DNA of 64,000 nucleotides from Candidatus Doudnabacteria bacterium (lineage in GTDB: Bacteria > Patescibacteriota > Doudnabacteria > UBA920): contig CAWINB010000004.1 of the NCBI GenBank assembly GCA_963837465.1, forward strand, positions 458,853 to 522,852, written 5' to 3'. The position numbers and the translations under genes are program-made. Below are positions 8,347-17,898 of the stretch, piece by piece. The notes under the pieces are model-generated. The model was not told the origin of the DNA. It ran no database searches and saw only the letters and a program-made list of their open reading frames with translations. The first letter of the stretch is position 1. Every line of letters begins with the position of its first letter.

Positions 8347-8607
8347 ATGGAAATGAACCAAAAATCCGCTCCTGAGCCGACCCAAAATCTAACCCCGGAA
8401 TCATCCGTCCCTAAGGATATGGATGAAAGGCAAATGATAGCCGAAATTCATAAGTTTACCAAACAAACGCGAAATTATATGCGCTGGCAGATTTATATTA
8501 CTTTGGTTTTGGTGGTTTTGCCGCTTTTGGCGCTGCTGTTTTCGCTGCCTTTTTTGGTAAGGAGCCTGGAAGCTTCCGCCATAGCCCCAATGCAGGGGGT
8601 GCAATAA
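8347..8607 (+). CDS. hypothetical small membrane protein
   Basis: 86 aa, one predicted TM helix (YITLVLVVLPLLALLFSLPFLV). No recognisable family. Confidence 0.35.
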   Translation: MEMNQKSAPEPTQNLTPESSVPKDMDERQMIAEIHKFTKQTRNYMRWQIYITLVLVVLPLLALLFSLPFLVRSLEASAIAPMQGVQ

Positions 8608-8680
8608 TTTTTAATTTAAACATATAAGCATTAAAGTATCTCCATCAATGCCCCATGCTTTAATGTTAACATGAACTCAT

Positions 8681-9025
8681 ATGCAAGATGAAAAATGGGA
8701 ACAATTGGCGGAGGCCGCGCAAAAGCATTTTAAAAATGTGAGTTTGGCTCACGAGGATTTAATAATGGATTCCCAAGATGGGCCAATTAAGCAGGGGACC
8801 CAAGATGTTTTGACTTTAGAAAATCCCGCGGGCAGATTTAAGCTTGTGCGCGAAAACCGCCCGGCAGTTTTGGAAAAAAAGGAACTTTATTCCCACCGCG
8901 CCGGACAGTCGGCGCAAACACAATATAAATTTTCGGAAACGGAATTCTCCCACAAGTTAAAAGTTTATAAAGAAGTGGACTTTGACGATTGGGAAGAGGT
9001 CACCTTAGATAAGCTGGGGCTATAA
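8681..9025 (+). CDS. hypothetical protein
   Basis: 114-aa ORF, 4 nt upstream of the next gene (likely an operon). No recognisable motif. Confidence 0.4.
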   Translation: MQDEKWEQLAEAAQKHFKNVSLAHEDLIMDSQDGPIKQGTQDVLTLENPAGRFKLVRENRPAVLEKKELYSHRAGQSAQTQYKFSETEFSHKLKVYKEVDFDDWEEVTLDKLGL

Positions 9026-9029
9026 TCTT

Positions 9030-9947
9030 ATGCTAAGAGAACGAATTATTTCCGCCCTAAGTTTTTTTGATTTGCAGGATTATCCTTTAACTCTGCTGGA
9101 GTTGCGGGAATTTTTATTGGCCGATTTGCAAAATCTAAGTCTTGATGAACAGGGTGAAATAAATAATGAAGTTTCCGGCCCGGCGGCCAAGGTGGTATCG
9201 GCTGATGAAATTTTGCATTGCTTGGAAAGCGATTGCGCCTCCCAGGTTGGGAATTATTTGGGCTTTTACCATCTGGTCGGCAGAAAACACATTGCCGAAA
9301 ACCGTTTGCAAAATTATTTTTTCGGCATTGGCCGCGAAAAACTGATTAGAAAATATATCGGCGGTTTAAGGTATCTGCCTTTTGTGCGGGGCGTGGCTTT
9401 GGCCGGAAGCCAGGCCATGGGCCAGCAAAAAGCCAATTCCGATATTGATTTGTTGATTATTACCGACCCCAAATTTATGTGGCTGGCCCGCACCGCGGTG
9501 ACCGGTTATTTCCAGGTTTTTGGCCAAAGACGCCACGGGCAAAATATCGCCAACCGTTTTTGCCTGAACCATTATCTGGCCGGCCCTAAACCAATCCGCC
9601 AGTTAAAGAACCTTTATACAGCCGTGGAGTATTTAAAGCTGCGGCCGCTGGTTTACGGCCGGGTCGTCCGGGAATTTCAGGATAACAACCATTGGATAAA
9701 GTCGTTTTTGCCCAACGGTGGCTTCCTCTACGCGGAAGCGGACCGCCAGACCGCGGTCCAAAAAAAGCTGGAGGAATTTTTCGGCGGCAAATTCGGCCCG
9801 TGGCTGGAACAAAAATTAAAAAACTGGCAGCTGCCAAAAATCCGCCGGGAAAAATTTATCGTGGTTGAGGAAGACGAGCTGTCGTTCCATCCTTCCAGCA
9901 AGCAGCAGTCTTTATTGTCAGACTTTCTCAAATTCCAGCAGCAATAA
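9030..9947 (+). CDS. nucleotidyltransferase-domain protein (pol-beta superfamily)
   Basis: GVALAGSQAMGQQKANSDIDLLIITD equals the hG[GS]-x11-DhD NTase signature. Flanking helical regions unassigned. Confidence 0.55.
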   Translation: MLRERIISALSFFDLQDYPLTLLELREFLLADLQNLSLDEQGEINNEVSGPAAKVVSADEILHCLESDCASQVGNYLGFYHLVGRKHIAENRLQNYFFGIGREKLIRKYIGGLRYLPFVRGVALAGSQAMGQQKANSDIDLLIITDPKFMWLARTAVTGYFQVFGQRRHGQNIANRFCLNHYLAGPKPIRQLKNLYTAVEYLKLRPLVYGRVVREFQDNNHWIKSFLPNGGFLYAEADRQTAVQKKLEEFFGGKFGPWLEQKLKNWQLPKIRREKFIVVEEDELSFHPSSKQQSLLSDFLKFQQQ

Positions 9948-10655
9948 AAGAGGGTAGCGGTAAAGCTGGTAAGCAAGATCGAACTTTTTGCTGTCTTTCG
10001 TTGTCCGCAACTGCTTTACGGCGGTCATGCTGAGTTTGGCACCGCCGCCGGCGCTTTGGTAGTCTTTAAGGTTGTAATAAAAAGATTTAATTTTTGAGCC
10101 CTTGTTAAATTCCCTGCAAATTTCCGCGCCGGAAACGGGCGGGGTTTTTAATCTCAGCCCGGGTTTTTTAAACAGCAGAATATCCAGCCAGGTTCGTTTC
10201 CATTCCGCGGCCGGGTAAGTATAGGCCGGGTTGGGAATAGTCGCCAGTAATTTACCGCCCGGTTTTAACACCGCGGCCAGGTTTTTAAAAGCCGCGGCCA
10301 GGTTTTTTAAATCCGGCGCGGCCATGTTTAAAATAACGGCGTCAAAAAAATTTTGTCCGTACGGCAACGTCTTATCCAGGGTCGCGGTTTTAAAATCAAC
10401 GTTACCGTAATGCGCGCGCCCGAACTGGATAAAAAAATCCGAAGAGTCGCAGGCATCAATTTTATTGAAATGCATTTTCAGCTCCCCGGCCAGCCAGCCC
10501 GTGCCGCAGGCCGCGTCCAGCAGCGCCGTATCCCTGTTTTTTGGCAATGTGTCCAGGACAGCGCCGGCCAAAATTTTTTGCTGGATTTGTCCGTTTTCGG
10601 AATTCAAAAAACCCAGATATTTAAGGGCGATATTGGAATCTTGATAAGAATTCAT
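9918..10655 (-). CDS. class I SAM-dependent methyltransferase
   Basis: Motif I LDAACGTGWLAGEL, acidic D after beta2 (ACDSS), post-I region NVDFKTATLDKTLPYGQNFFDAVILNMA. Confidence 0.7.
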   Translation of the reverse strand: MNSYQDSNIALKYLGFLNSENGQIQQKILAGAVLDTLPKNRDTALLDAACGTGWLAGELKMHFNKIDACDSSDFFIQFGRAHYGNVDFKTATLDKTLPYGQNFFDAVILNMAAPDLKNLAAAFKNLAAVLKPGGKLLATIPNPAYTYPAAEWKRTWLDILLFKKPGLRLKTPPVSGAEICREFNKGSKIKSFYYNLKDYQSAGGGAKLSMTAVKQLRTTKDSKKFDLAYQLYRYPLLLLLEFEKV

Positions 10656-10695
10656 CGTATTGTTATTATATCATAATGTTCTTGTGTAAAACTGT

Positions 10696-10735
10696 TTATC
10701 ACTCCGCTTGACAGAGTGATAAAAACTGTTAGAAT
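10696..10735 (+). promoter_or_regulatory. CIRCE-like HrcA operator (TTATCACTC-N9-GAGTGATAA) overlapping a sigma70-type promoter (-35 TTGACA 10708-10713, 16-nt spacer, -10 TAGAAT 10730-10735) for groES-groEL
   Basis: Each arm is a 7/9 match to consensus TTAGCACTC-N9-GAGTGCTAA with the correct 9-nt spacer, directly upstream of groES. Confidence 0.7.
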
Positions 10736-10772
10736 CAAATTAGAATAAATAATTAAGCAAAGGAGTTTGGAT

Positions 10773-11078
10773 ATGAAAGTAAAACCTTTAGGCAACCGGG
10801 TGCTGGTAAAACAGCTCTCCAGCGAGGAAGTTACCAAGAGCGGAATTGTTTTGCCGGACACGGCCGATAAAGAAAAAAAGGCCCAGGGAAAAATTGTGGA
10901 ATTGGGCAACGGCGAAGAAGTTAAAACGCTCGGATTAAAAGTCGGCGATACCGTGGTCTTTGGCAAGTACGCCGGCGAAGAAGTGGAAATGGAAGAAGAC
11001 GGCAAAAAGATTGAGTACAAAATTTTATACGTCGGGAAAGAAAAGGACGATTCCGATGTGTTGGCGATTATTGAATAA
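10773..11078 (+). CDS. groES: co-chaperonin GroES
   Basis: MKVKPLGNRVLVKQ...GIVLPDTA...GDTVVFGKYAG. ATG at 10773 with an AAGGAG RBS 7 nt upstream; the ORF-track TTG start at 10767 is unlikely. Confidence 0.95.
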   Translation: MKVKPLGNRVLVKQLSSEEVTKSGIVLPDTADKEKKAQGKIVELGNGEEVKTLGLKVGDTVVFGKYAGEEVEMEEDGKKIEYKILYVGKEKDDSDVLAIIE

Positions 11079-11218
11079 ATATGAAATTCGAATACCGAAA
11101 TCCGAAATAAATTCCAAATCAGAAAATCTAAAATCTTAAACCGTCGGAGTTTAAAATTTAGGATTTAATTATTGTTTTGAATTTAGGATTTCGCGCTTCG
11201 AATTTTTGAAAGGAATAT

Positions 11219-12883
11219 ATGGCAAAAGATATTAAATTTGGTTATCAGGCAAAAATGGCTATTAAGGCCGGCGTGGACAAAGCCGCCAATGTGGTTAAAT
11301 TGACTTTGGGCCCCACAGGCAAAACCGTAATTTTGGACAAAGGTTTTGGCAGCCCCACAATTACAGATGACGGCGTTACCGTGGCCAAGGACATTGAGCT
11401 GGAAGATAAATTTGAAAACGTGGGCGCTTCCTTAATCCAGGAAGTGGCCAATAAGACAAACGAACAGGCCGGCGACGGTACCACAACCGCCACTGTTTTG
11501 GCTCAAAAAATGATAGAAGAAGGCATTGGAGCCGTGGCTTTGAATTCTTCCCGCGCCGGGGACATTAAAAAAGGCATGGATAAAGCCGTGGCTTTTGTGG
11601 TCAGCGAGCTTAAAAAAGTTAAGAAGGACGTAAAAAACAAGGAAGAAATCCAGCAAGTCGCCACCATCGCCTCTTTGGATGCCGAAGTCGGAAAACTGAT
11701 TGCCGAAGCCATGGAAGAAGTCGGCCACGACGGCGTTATTACGGTGGAAGAAGGCCAGACTATCGGCATTGAAAAGGAAGTCGTTAAAGGCATGCGTTTT
11801 GACAAGGGCTTTGTAAACCCGTATATGGTTACCAACGCCGAAAGAATGGAAGCGGTGTGGGAAGACTCCTATATTTTAATTACCGATAAAAAAGTTTCAT
11901 CCGTCCAGGATATTTTGCCGGTTTTGGAAAAAGTCGCGCAAAGCGGCAAAAAAGATTTGGTGATAATTGCCGATGAAATAGAAGGCGAAGCGTTAACCAC
12001 TTTTGTGCTTAACAAACTGCGCGGCACATTCAATGTTCTGGCCGTAAAGGCTCCGGGTTTTGGCGACCGCAGAAAAGAAATGCTCCAGGATATAGCCGTG
12101 CTTACCGGCGGTAACGTTGTTACCGAAGATATGGGCTTAAAGCTGGACAAAACCGAGCTGACGGATTTGGGCAAAGCGCGCAAAGTTATTGCCACAAAAG
12201 AATACACCACCATAGTAGACGGGCACGGCGACAAAAAGAAAATAGAAGACCGCGTCAGCCAAATTAAGATGGAGCACAAAAATTCCACTTCCGATTACGA
12301 CAAGGAAAAACTCCAGGAACGCATGGCCCGTTTGGCCGGCGGCGTGGGCGTGATTAAAGTTGGCGCGTTTACCGAAACGGAAATGAAAGCCAAGAAATTT
12401 AAAATCGAAGACGCGCTTAACGCCACTCGCGCGGCCGTGGAAGAGGGTATTGTGGCCGGCGGCGGCGCTGCTTTGGCCAAAATCGCCCCCAAGCTGGATT
12501 CCTTTGGCGAAGACTTAAGCGATGCCGAACGCGCGGGCGTAAGGGTAGTGCGCCAGTCCCTGGAAGCGCCGCTTAGGCAGATAGCGGTAAACTCCGGCGT
12601 GGAAGTAACCGGCATTTTGCATAAAATCCAAAGCGACAGCAACCCCAACCTTGGTTTTGACTTTGCCAATTTTACGGAAAAGAACTGGCAAAAGGGCATG
12701 ATGGATATGATGCAGGCCGGTATTGTAGATCCTTTAAAAGTTACCCGCCTGGCTCTTGAGCACGCGGTTTCCATAGCCTCTACCTTAGTCACCTCCGAAG
12801 CCATAGTTGTGGACAAACCCGAACCTAAAACCCCCTCCGCCCCAGGCGGCATGGGCGGCGGCATGGGTGGAATGGATTACTAG
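11219..12883 (+). CDS. groEL: chaperonin GroEL (Cpn60)
   Basis: MAKDIKFG..., [13 protein letters not shown], and the C-terminal GGM repeat tail [12 protein letters not shown]. Confidence 0.97.
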   Translation: MAKDIKFGYQAKMAIKAGVDKAANVVKLTLGPTGKTVILDKGFGSPTITDDGVTVAKDIELEDKFENVGASLIQEVANKTNEQAGDGTTTATVLAQKMIEEGIGAVALNSSRAGDIKKGMDKAVAFVVSELKKVKKDVKNKEEIQQVATIASLDAEVGKLIAEAMEEVGHDGVITVEEGQTIGIEKEVVKGMRFDKGFVNPYMVTNAERMEAVWEDSYILITDKKVSSVQDILPVLEKVAQSGKKDLVIIADEIEGEALTTFVLNKLRGTFNVLAVKAPGFGDRRKEMLQDIAVLTGGNVVTEDMGLKLDKTELTDLGKARKVIATKEYTTIVDGHGDKKKIEDRVSQIKMEHKNSTSDYDKEKLQERMARLAGGVGVIKVGAFTETEMKAKKFKIEDALNATRAAVEEGIVAGGGAALAKIAPKLDSFGEDLSDAERAGVRVVRQSLEAPLRQIAVNSGVEVTGILHKIQSDSNPNLGFDFANFTEKNWQKGMMDMMQAGIVDPLKVTRLALEHAVSIASTLVTSEAIVVDKPEPKTPSAPGGMGGGMGGMDY

Positions 12884-12934
12884 ACTAGGGGATAGAGAAT
12901 AGAGAATAGGGGTTAGGGGTTAGGGATTAGTATG

Positions 12935-12969
12935 AAAAAGCCCGGGGCTGTTAGAGCTTCGGGCTTTTT
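12935..12969 (+). terminator. rho-independent terminator after groEL
   Basis: aaaaagcccggggctgttagagcttcgggcttttt: GC stem plus T-run. Confidence 0.65.
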
Positions 12970-13063
12970 GGAATAAATTTTTATTTTTCACGCAATTATG
13001 AAGCATAGGTTGTGTTTTTTTATTTTAAATTTAAAATATAACCATCCCGTCCAAGGAGGAATA

Positions 13064-13402
13064 GGGATGGATGAGAAGATAAAAGAATTTATAAAGCTTC
13101 TCTTTAATCACGCGCGAGCGGTCGGCTACAGTCATCCTGCAGTCGACATTCTGGACAAGCCCTTGTACCGGCTCGGTATCCAGTGCTTGGCTTTTCGCCT
13201 GCGCATGATGTCAGGTCTCTTTAGTGAGGGATTTGTCGCCTTTATCATTGAAGAGCTTGAAGTAGCTTATCCCGGATTAGATTTTTACAATACCAGGAAG
13301 CTATTTACTCTCAACGCACCTCCCCCAAATTATCCAAAAAATCCTCCCCCGGATTTTTTACGTCATCATAAAGATTTTACTCACCCGCGGCTTTTCGCTT
13401 AG
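13064..13402 (+). CDS. hypothetical protein
   Basis: Strong RBS AAGGAGG 7 nt upstream of the ATG at 13064 (the ORF-track start at 12998 lacks one). No family recognised. Confidence 0.4.
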   Translation, partial: GMDEKIKEFIKLLFNHARAVGYSHPAVDILDKPLYRLGIQCLAFRLRMMSGLFSEGFVAFIIEELEVAYPGLDFYNTRKLFTLNAPPPNYPKNPPPDFLRHHKDFTHPRLFA

Positions 13403-13886
13403 CGGGTTTTGGTTTTATATAAGCCAAAATTTAACTTTAGAATCTAAAACCCTTGACCCCGTTAGAAGTTAGTAATATCATCAAATTTATATTATATATA
13501 AAGGCTAAATTTATATTTTAATCTTAAATAAGGCATTAAGCTTCTAACGGGGTTGACAAAACAGCTAAAGTGGCGTATAGTAAGTGGTTATTGTCGTAAT
13601 GGCAGTACGTTTTAAAAACTCAATACTTTGTATCAATATATTTTTACAGGAGAATATACGGATACTCCCCGCGCCAATCTTCACCAAGTTAATTTAGAAT
13701 AAAATTTTCCACATTACAGATTCAGAGAATTATTTATCCGGAAAAATTTTGATGGAGATTGACGCGGGGAAACTTATGCTCCTAATCGCGGGTTAAACCC
13801 TATTGGGGGCGCTAAAAAGCCGTATATTGCATACTAGAACGTTTTTACTAAGGTTCTCCTGTATTGAATATGCGGTTTTTATATAT

Positions 13887-13984
13887 CGAATATACGAATG
13901 GGGCGAATCAACGAATGCCTACGAATTTACGAATACTGTGTTCATTTGTAATTATTCGTATATTCGTTTCAATTCGTAAATTCG
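13887..13984. repeat. iteron-like array: six direct CGAAT pentamers (starts 13887, 13895, 13904, 13912, 13922, 13930) converging on four inverted ATTCG pentamers (13954, 13962, 13972, 13980) at 8-10 bp spacing
   Basis: Counted directly. Highly regular, about one helical turn apart, inside a ~1.7-kb gene-poor region. Confidence 0.6.
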
Positions 13985-15119
13985 ATCTACTTGTTTACGC
14001 GATCGTGGGCCTTTGGAGGGCAAATTATATTTTCCCGCCGAGCGGGATTGGCCTGTTTCTCAAAGACTCACTATTGCTTAAATAATTCAACAAAGTATAA
14101 TATAAGAGGGCGAAAACCCTCTTTTTTTGTGGCCCAAAAAAGAATCTAAAAACATCCCTTTCGGAACTTTCGCCGTTATACTATAATTAGCGACAAGTAG
14201 AGGCAAAAGTTCTGGAAGGGAGCATGCAACCTGACCAGAAATAAGGAGGTCCCCATGATAAGGATCATAATCCGGCTCCATGAGCCGGATCTCTCCTTAA
14301 ACCATACGGCCAGTAGGTTTAAGGCGTGGCTGGAGAAAGACCAGCCGATCCTAAATACACTGGGAGAAGTCTTTGTGTACGCGATTACGTTTGTTTTGGT
14401 CGCCGCCATAGGCTACTTCGCAGCAGCCGGATTTTTCCATTAAATTCGGCAAAACAATGGGGTGGTTTTGCTCCGTCCACCCCTCCTTACTTTTCCCCCC
14501 CAAATTTGTAAATCATAAAAATGGTTTATAGGTTTGGAGGTAAAATGCAGGCATTATATATCGTTGGTTTTTTTGCAGCCCTGTTCGGGGCTGCGCGTTT
14601 GGCCTATGTCTGCCATGGCGAGACGTTTTGGCCAGAGTGGATCCTGCTAAGGATCCACAGGATCCGTGAATTGAGGAATTCCTTGAGCCGCTTAATAAGC
14701 GGCAAATGGATTCTCCCCGGAGGAGGATGATTGGATAGAATTTTTCGCCCGAATATTTTGTTTGTTTGGGCGGTCGTAGCAGCCGTTGGTTTATTTTTCC
14801 TTGCCATCCTCATATCTGCCATTCGGGATTTCTGGGCGACGGCAAAGAAAAACGGCAAGGGGTGACAAGCGGGCCGTTGTGCCGTCTGCTGTCACCTCCG
14901 CTTTCCTTGAACATCGTATATTATTTCTTCCAATCCGTTGGTGATGTGCTAGCTTGGATTTTTATCGCGAGATAAAAGTTTAGGCCGGTATCCTGTCATC
15001 GCCCGCGGATTGGAGGCCGGAATGTTAAGTTTTATTTTCGAGACAATTGACGAAAACCCCCGCTTTGATTATACTTATGGCACTTTACAACTTTTTACTT
15101 TTAACTTTCAACTAATTTT

Positions 15120-15290
15120 ATGGGTGTTCCAAAAAAGCATAAGACCCGGAGTGGCCGGAATCAACGCAGGAGTCATCACGCTTTAAAAAAGGTTTCTTTC
15201 GCGGTATGCAAAAATTGCGGCCAGCCGGTTATGCCGCATTTGCCGTGCAAGAATTGCGGATTTTACAAGGGCAGAAAAATTACGAAGTAA
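15120..15290 (+). CDS. rpmF: 50S ribosomal protein L32 (bL32); absent from ORF track because it is under 60 aa
   Basis: Manual translation gives MGVPKKHKTRSGRNQRRSHHALKKVSFAVCKNCGQPVMPHLPCKNCGFYKGRKITK (56 aa). It matches L32 consensus MAVPKR..S..R...RRSH.AL....L..C..CG.....H..C..CG.Y.G. Confidence 0.9.
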   Translation: MGVPKKHKTRSGRNQRRSHHALKKVSFAVCKNCGQPVMPHLPCKNCGFYKGRKITK

Positions 15291-15380
15291 CAGCGCAAGC
15301 GGTTAGGGGTTAGCGTTTAGTAACCCAAAGCCCATCGTGGTTCCCTATACCCTAAACGCTATACCCTAAACGCTACTCCA

Positions 15381-15806
15381 ATGGCCAACAGACATCTCTC
15401 CCGCACCATTGCCATGCAGGCTTTGTTTGAGTGGGATTTCAACCAGCGGACCGAAGATTTAAAACAAATCATTACCCGCCAGGCCGACGAATCCGTCGGC
15501 CACAGCGAAGACGGGGGATTTGTTTTTGAATTGGCCGAAGGCGTAGCCAAAAATATTACAGCCATAGATGAAATTATTACCAAGCACGCTCCCGAATGGC
15601 CAATGGAGCAAATTCCGCCGGTGGACCGCAATGTTTTGCGCCTTGGCGTTTACGAGCTTATGTTTTTAAAGCAGGTGCCGCCAAAAGTGGCTATTAACGA
15701 AGCCGTGGAGCTGGGCAAGAGTTTTGGGGGTGAATCCAGCGGCAAATTTGTAAACGGGGTTTTGGGAACCCTTTATAAAGAACTGGATTTAAAACAGGAA
15801 AAGTAG
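15381..15806 (+). CDS. nusB: transcription antitermination factor NusB
   Basis: [17 protein letters not shown]...[12 protein letters not shown]...[10 protein letters not shown] matches the NusB family. Confidence 0.85.
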   Translation: MANRHLSRTIAMQALFEWDFNQRTEDLKQIITRQADESVGHSEDGGFVFELAEGVAKNITAIDEIITKHAPEWPMEQIPPVDRNVLRLGVYELMFLKQVPPKVAINEAVELGKSFGGESSGKFVNGVLGTLYKELDLKQEK

Positions 15807-15843
15807 TTTAGGCCATTTTTATTGTGGTTAATTATCTTGATTT

Positions 15844-15868
15844 CAGCTTACTCTAAGCTGAATTTTTT
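15844..15868 (+). terminator. rho-independent terminator after nusB
   Basis: tcagcttactctaagctga followed by atttttt. Confidence 0.6.
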
Positions 15869-16122
15869 ATTAAAATATAAAAATTAGACCATTTCCCGAT
15901 AAACTTGGCTTTTAAATATGGCTTATTAATAAGGATTATCTGAATATCTAAAAATAAAGGCCAATTTTATAAAATAAATCTAAAAAAAACTAGAAATTTT
16001 AATAAAAAAGGCTTATAATAAATGTATAGCCTAAAAATTCCTGCTTAGTGAAACCATTTTGAAAATATAGACGTATAAATATAAGCACGAACATTAATAT
16101 AAATTTACGAAAGGAAAAAAAT

Positions 16123-16407
16123 ATGAATAAACTCCAGCTAACCGAACTATTAGCCGCTAAATTGGGCATTACCCATACCGAATGCGAAAGGTTTTTAAAC
16201 ACTTTTATCGGCATGGTTTACGAGCAGCTGCGCGGCGGCAATAAAGTTAATATTTCCGGCTTCGGACAGTTTAGCGTCAGTCACCGCGCTCCGCGCATTG
16301 GCGTTAACCCGAGAAATCCTTCCCAGCGCATTACCATACCCGAACTTAACACTCCCAAGTTCAAAGCCGGCGAAGCCTTTAAGGAAGCGGTAAAATTAAG
16401 GCCGTAG
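16123..16407 (+). CDS. hup: DNA-binding protein HU (HU/IHF family)
   Basis: MNKLQLTELLAAKLGITHTECERFLNTFIG...GFGQFSVSHRAPRIGVNPRNPSQRITIPELNTPKFKAG. Confidence 0.9.
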   Translation: MNKLQLTELLAAKLGITHTECERFLNTFIGMVYEQLRGGNKVNISGFGQFSVSHRAPRIGVNPRNPSQRITIPELNTPKFKAGEAFKEAVKLRP

Positions 16408-16444
16408 TTCACGTATTACGCGGATAAAACATATAACACGGATA

Positions 16445-16477
16445 CAAAAAAACCTCTTTTCAAAAAGAGGTTTTTTT
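16445..16477 (+). terminator. rho-independent terminator after hup
   Basis: aaaaaaacctctttttcaaaaagaggttttttt. Confidence 0.7.
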
Positions 16478-16516
16478 GATAGAATTGGTAAAGAATTTAT
16501 AAAGCTAATTTAGCAT

Positions 16517-16591
16517 GCGGGTATCGTATAACGGTTATTATCTCAGTTTTCCAAACTGATGATGCGGGTTCGACTCCCACTACCCGCTCCA
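16517..16591 (+). tRNA. tRNA-Gly (anticodon TCC), CCA encoded
   Basis: Manual fold: acceptor GCGGGTA/TACCCGC, anticodon stem TCAGT/ACTGA with loop TTTCCAA (TCC), T-arm GCGGG-TTCGACT-CCCAC (one C:A mismatch), 4-nt variable loop. Confidence 0.85.
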
Positions 16592-17056
16592 AGAGAATTA
16601 GAAAAAGTTGTACCAACTTTACAGGTAAAGTTTCCAGAATTTAGTAAAACCAATATAGAATTTACTGCGGTAAACTACAGAAGCAATCCCGGAGAAATCT
16701 TGGAAAAAGCTCGTAAAATTATCGGGCAATTAAAAGTGGAGTTTTCGGAATTTACCGAGAAAGATATCGAATATATTGTTATTGCCTACAAAGATAAAGC
16801 CGAGGGAAGACTGAAATCATTTCGTGAAAAAATACCCGATTTGCAAGCTAGTTTTCCTGATTTTGAAATTTGGATAATAAGATCCGTATTAGTTAATCAC
16901 CCGAATACCTATAAATTGTATTTGAAAAACCTAAAAATTAGAGTTGATGCCCTAAAAGCAAAGTACCCCTCTTTGGATTATAAAAATATTGCCGGTATTT
17001 GTGTTTTTAATAATCAAAAAGCGGAGCAAATATTAAAGGAAAGGTTTAAAGTTTAA
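16559..17056 (+). CDS. hypothetical protein with three internal ~40-aa repeats (xLxVxFxEFxxxxIEYxxIAY). Start uncertain: the only ATG lies inside the tRNA-Gly 3' half; an alternative TTG at 16700 has a GGAG RBS.
   Basis: ORF continuity. Repeat units VVPTLQVKFPEFSKTNIEFTAVNY, IIGQLKVEFSEFTEKDIEYIVIAY, IPDLQASFPDFEIWIIRSV. Confidence 0.35.
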   Translation: MMRVRLPLPAPRELEKVVPTLQVKFPEFSKTNIEFTAVNYRSNPGEILEKARKIIGQLKVEFSEFTEKDIEYIVIAYKDKAEGRLKSFREKIPDLQASFPDFEIWIIRSVLVNHPNTYKLYLKNLKIRVDALKAKYPSLDYKNIAGICVFNNQKAEQILKERFKV

Positions 17057-17067
17057 TTTTATAATTT

Positions 17068-17859
17068 ATGAAAAAATTATTATTTGTGTTTCCAATTGTT
17101 GCTCTCTTAGCCACAGGATGCAATGTCAGCAAATCATCGCCCACCAACCCAGTGTCCACAAATTCCACAACCAGCACAATAGCTGTTGGCCAGCCTTGTG
17201 ATTTCCATAGTATTCAGTCTTATGGAGCTGGCGGCTCCATTACCAATACCCATGGCCTACAATGTTATTTGTACGGCCCTGGAGGGGCAACCCGAAACGG
17301 TATATGGATAATGCCAAACAATGTTCCTGGATTAAGCTTCGCTGGTTACAATAGTGACCCAGCACTACCAGATATTTATGGAAATGCCCTAGCTGCAATC
17401 ACCCGTACTTGGCAATCTTATAGCAGCCCGGATAAATCAGTAAGCTTTAAATACTCCTCCCAATATTGGTATTTAGATGACAGCCAGTGGAGTTCAAGTC
17501 ATTCAATTAATTTGCAGGAACACGATTCAGGGCCTGTGGTTAATATTCAGTATTATCCTAATACAAATTTTCAGGATAGTATGGAAGGGCAAATAACCAG
17601 TAGCGACAGATTTCCAGGAGGCACCGATTCTTTAAATAATAATTTAGAAGTATTGGCGGACTTTCAGTTAAATGGCAAACAGGCCTACGCAATAATAAAA
17701 TTACCGCAAGTGAATTTAGCCGAAGGCGAGACCCCGGACCAAGTAACTGTTTACATTGTTGGCAAGAATGATTACCTAACCGTTACTTATTCAAGATACC
17801 GAGAAACCAACCAAGACCTGCCAACAGAAGCTTTAATTAGCTCCATCCAAATAAAGTAA
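17068..17859 (+). CDS. lipoprotein, function unknown
   Basis: Signal peptide and lipobox MKKLLFVFPIVALLATGC. Mature part Ser/Thr/Gly-rich. Confidence 0.6.
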   Translation: MKKLLFVFPIVALLATGCNVSKSSPTNPVSTNSTTSTIAVGQPCDFHSIQSYGAGGSITNTHGLQCYLYGPGGATRNGIWIMPNNVPGLSFAGYNSDPALPDIYGNALAAITRTWQSYSSPDKSVSFKYSSQYWYLDDSQWSSSHSINLQEHDSGPVVNIQYYPNTNFQDSMEGQITSSDRFPGGTDSLNNNLEVLADFQLNGKQAYAIIKLPQVNLAEGETPDQVTVYIVGKNDYLTVTYSRYRETNQDLPTEALISSIQIK

Positions 17860-17898
17860 TTAGGCCCGCATTTTAACTATTTCCGTTCGAACTTCGTT

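Noticed and set aside
10767-10772. ORF-track TTG start (MDM…) for groES
   Set aside because: The ATG at 10773 has an AAGGAG RBS at ideal spacing and gives the canonical MKVKPL N-terminus.
14190-14240. GGAAGGGAGCA motif resembling the SRP-RNA domain IV core
   Set aside because: No flanking helix 8 pairing and no GNRA-closed stem. An isolated 11-nt match.
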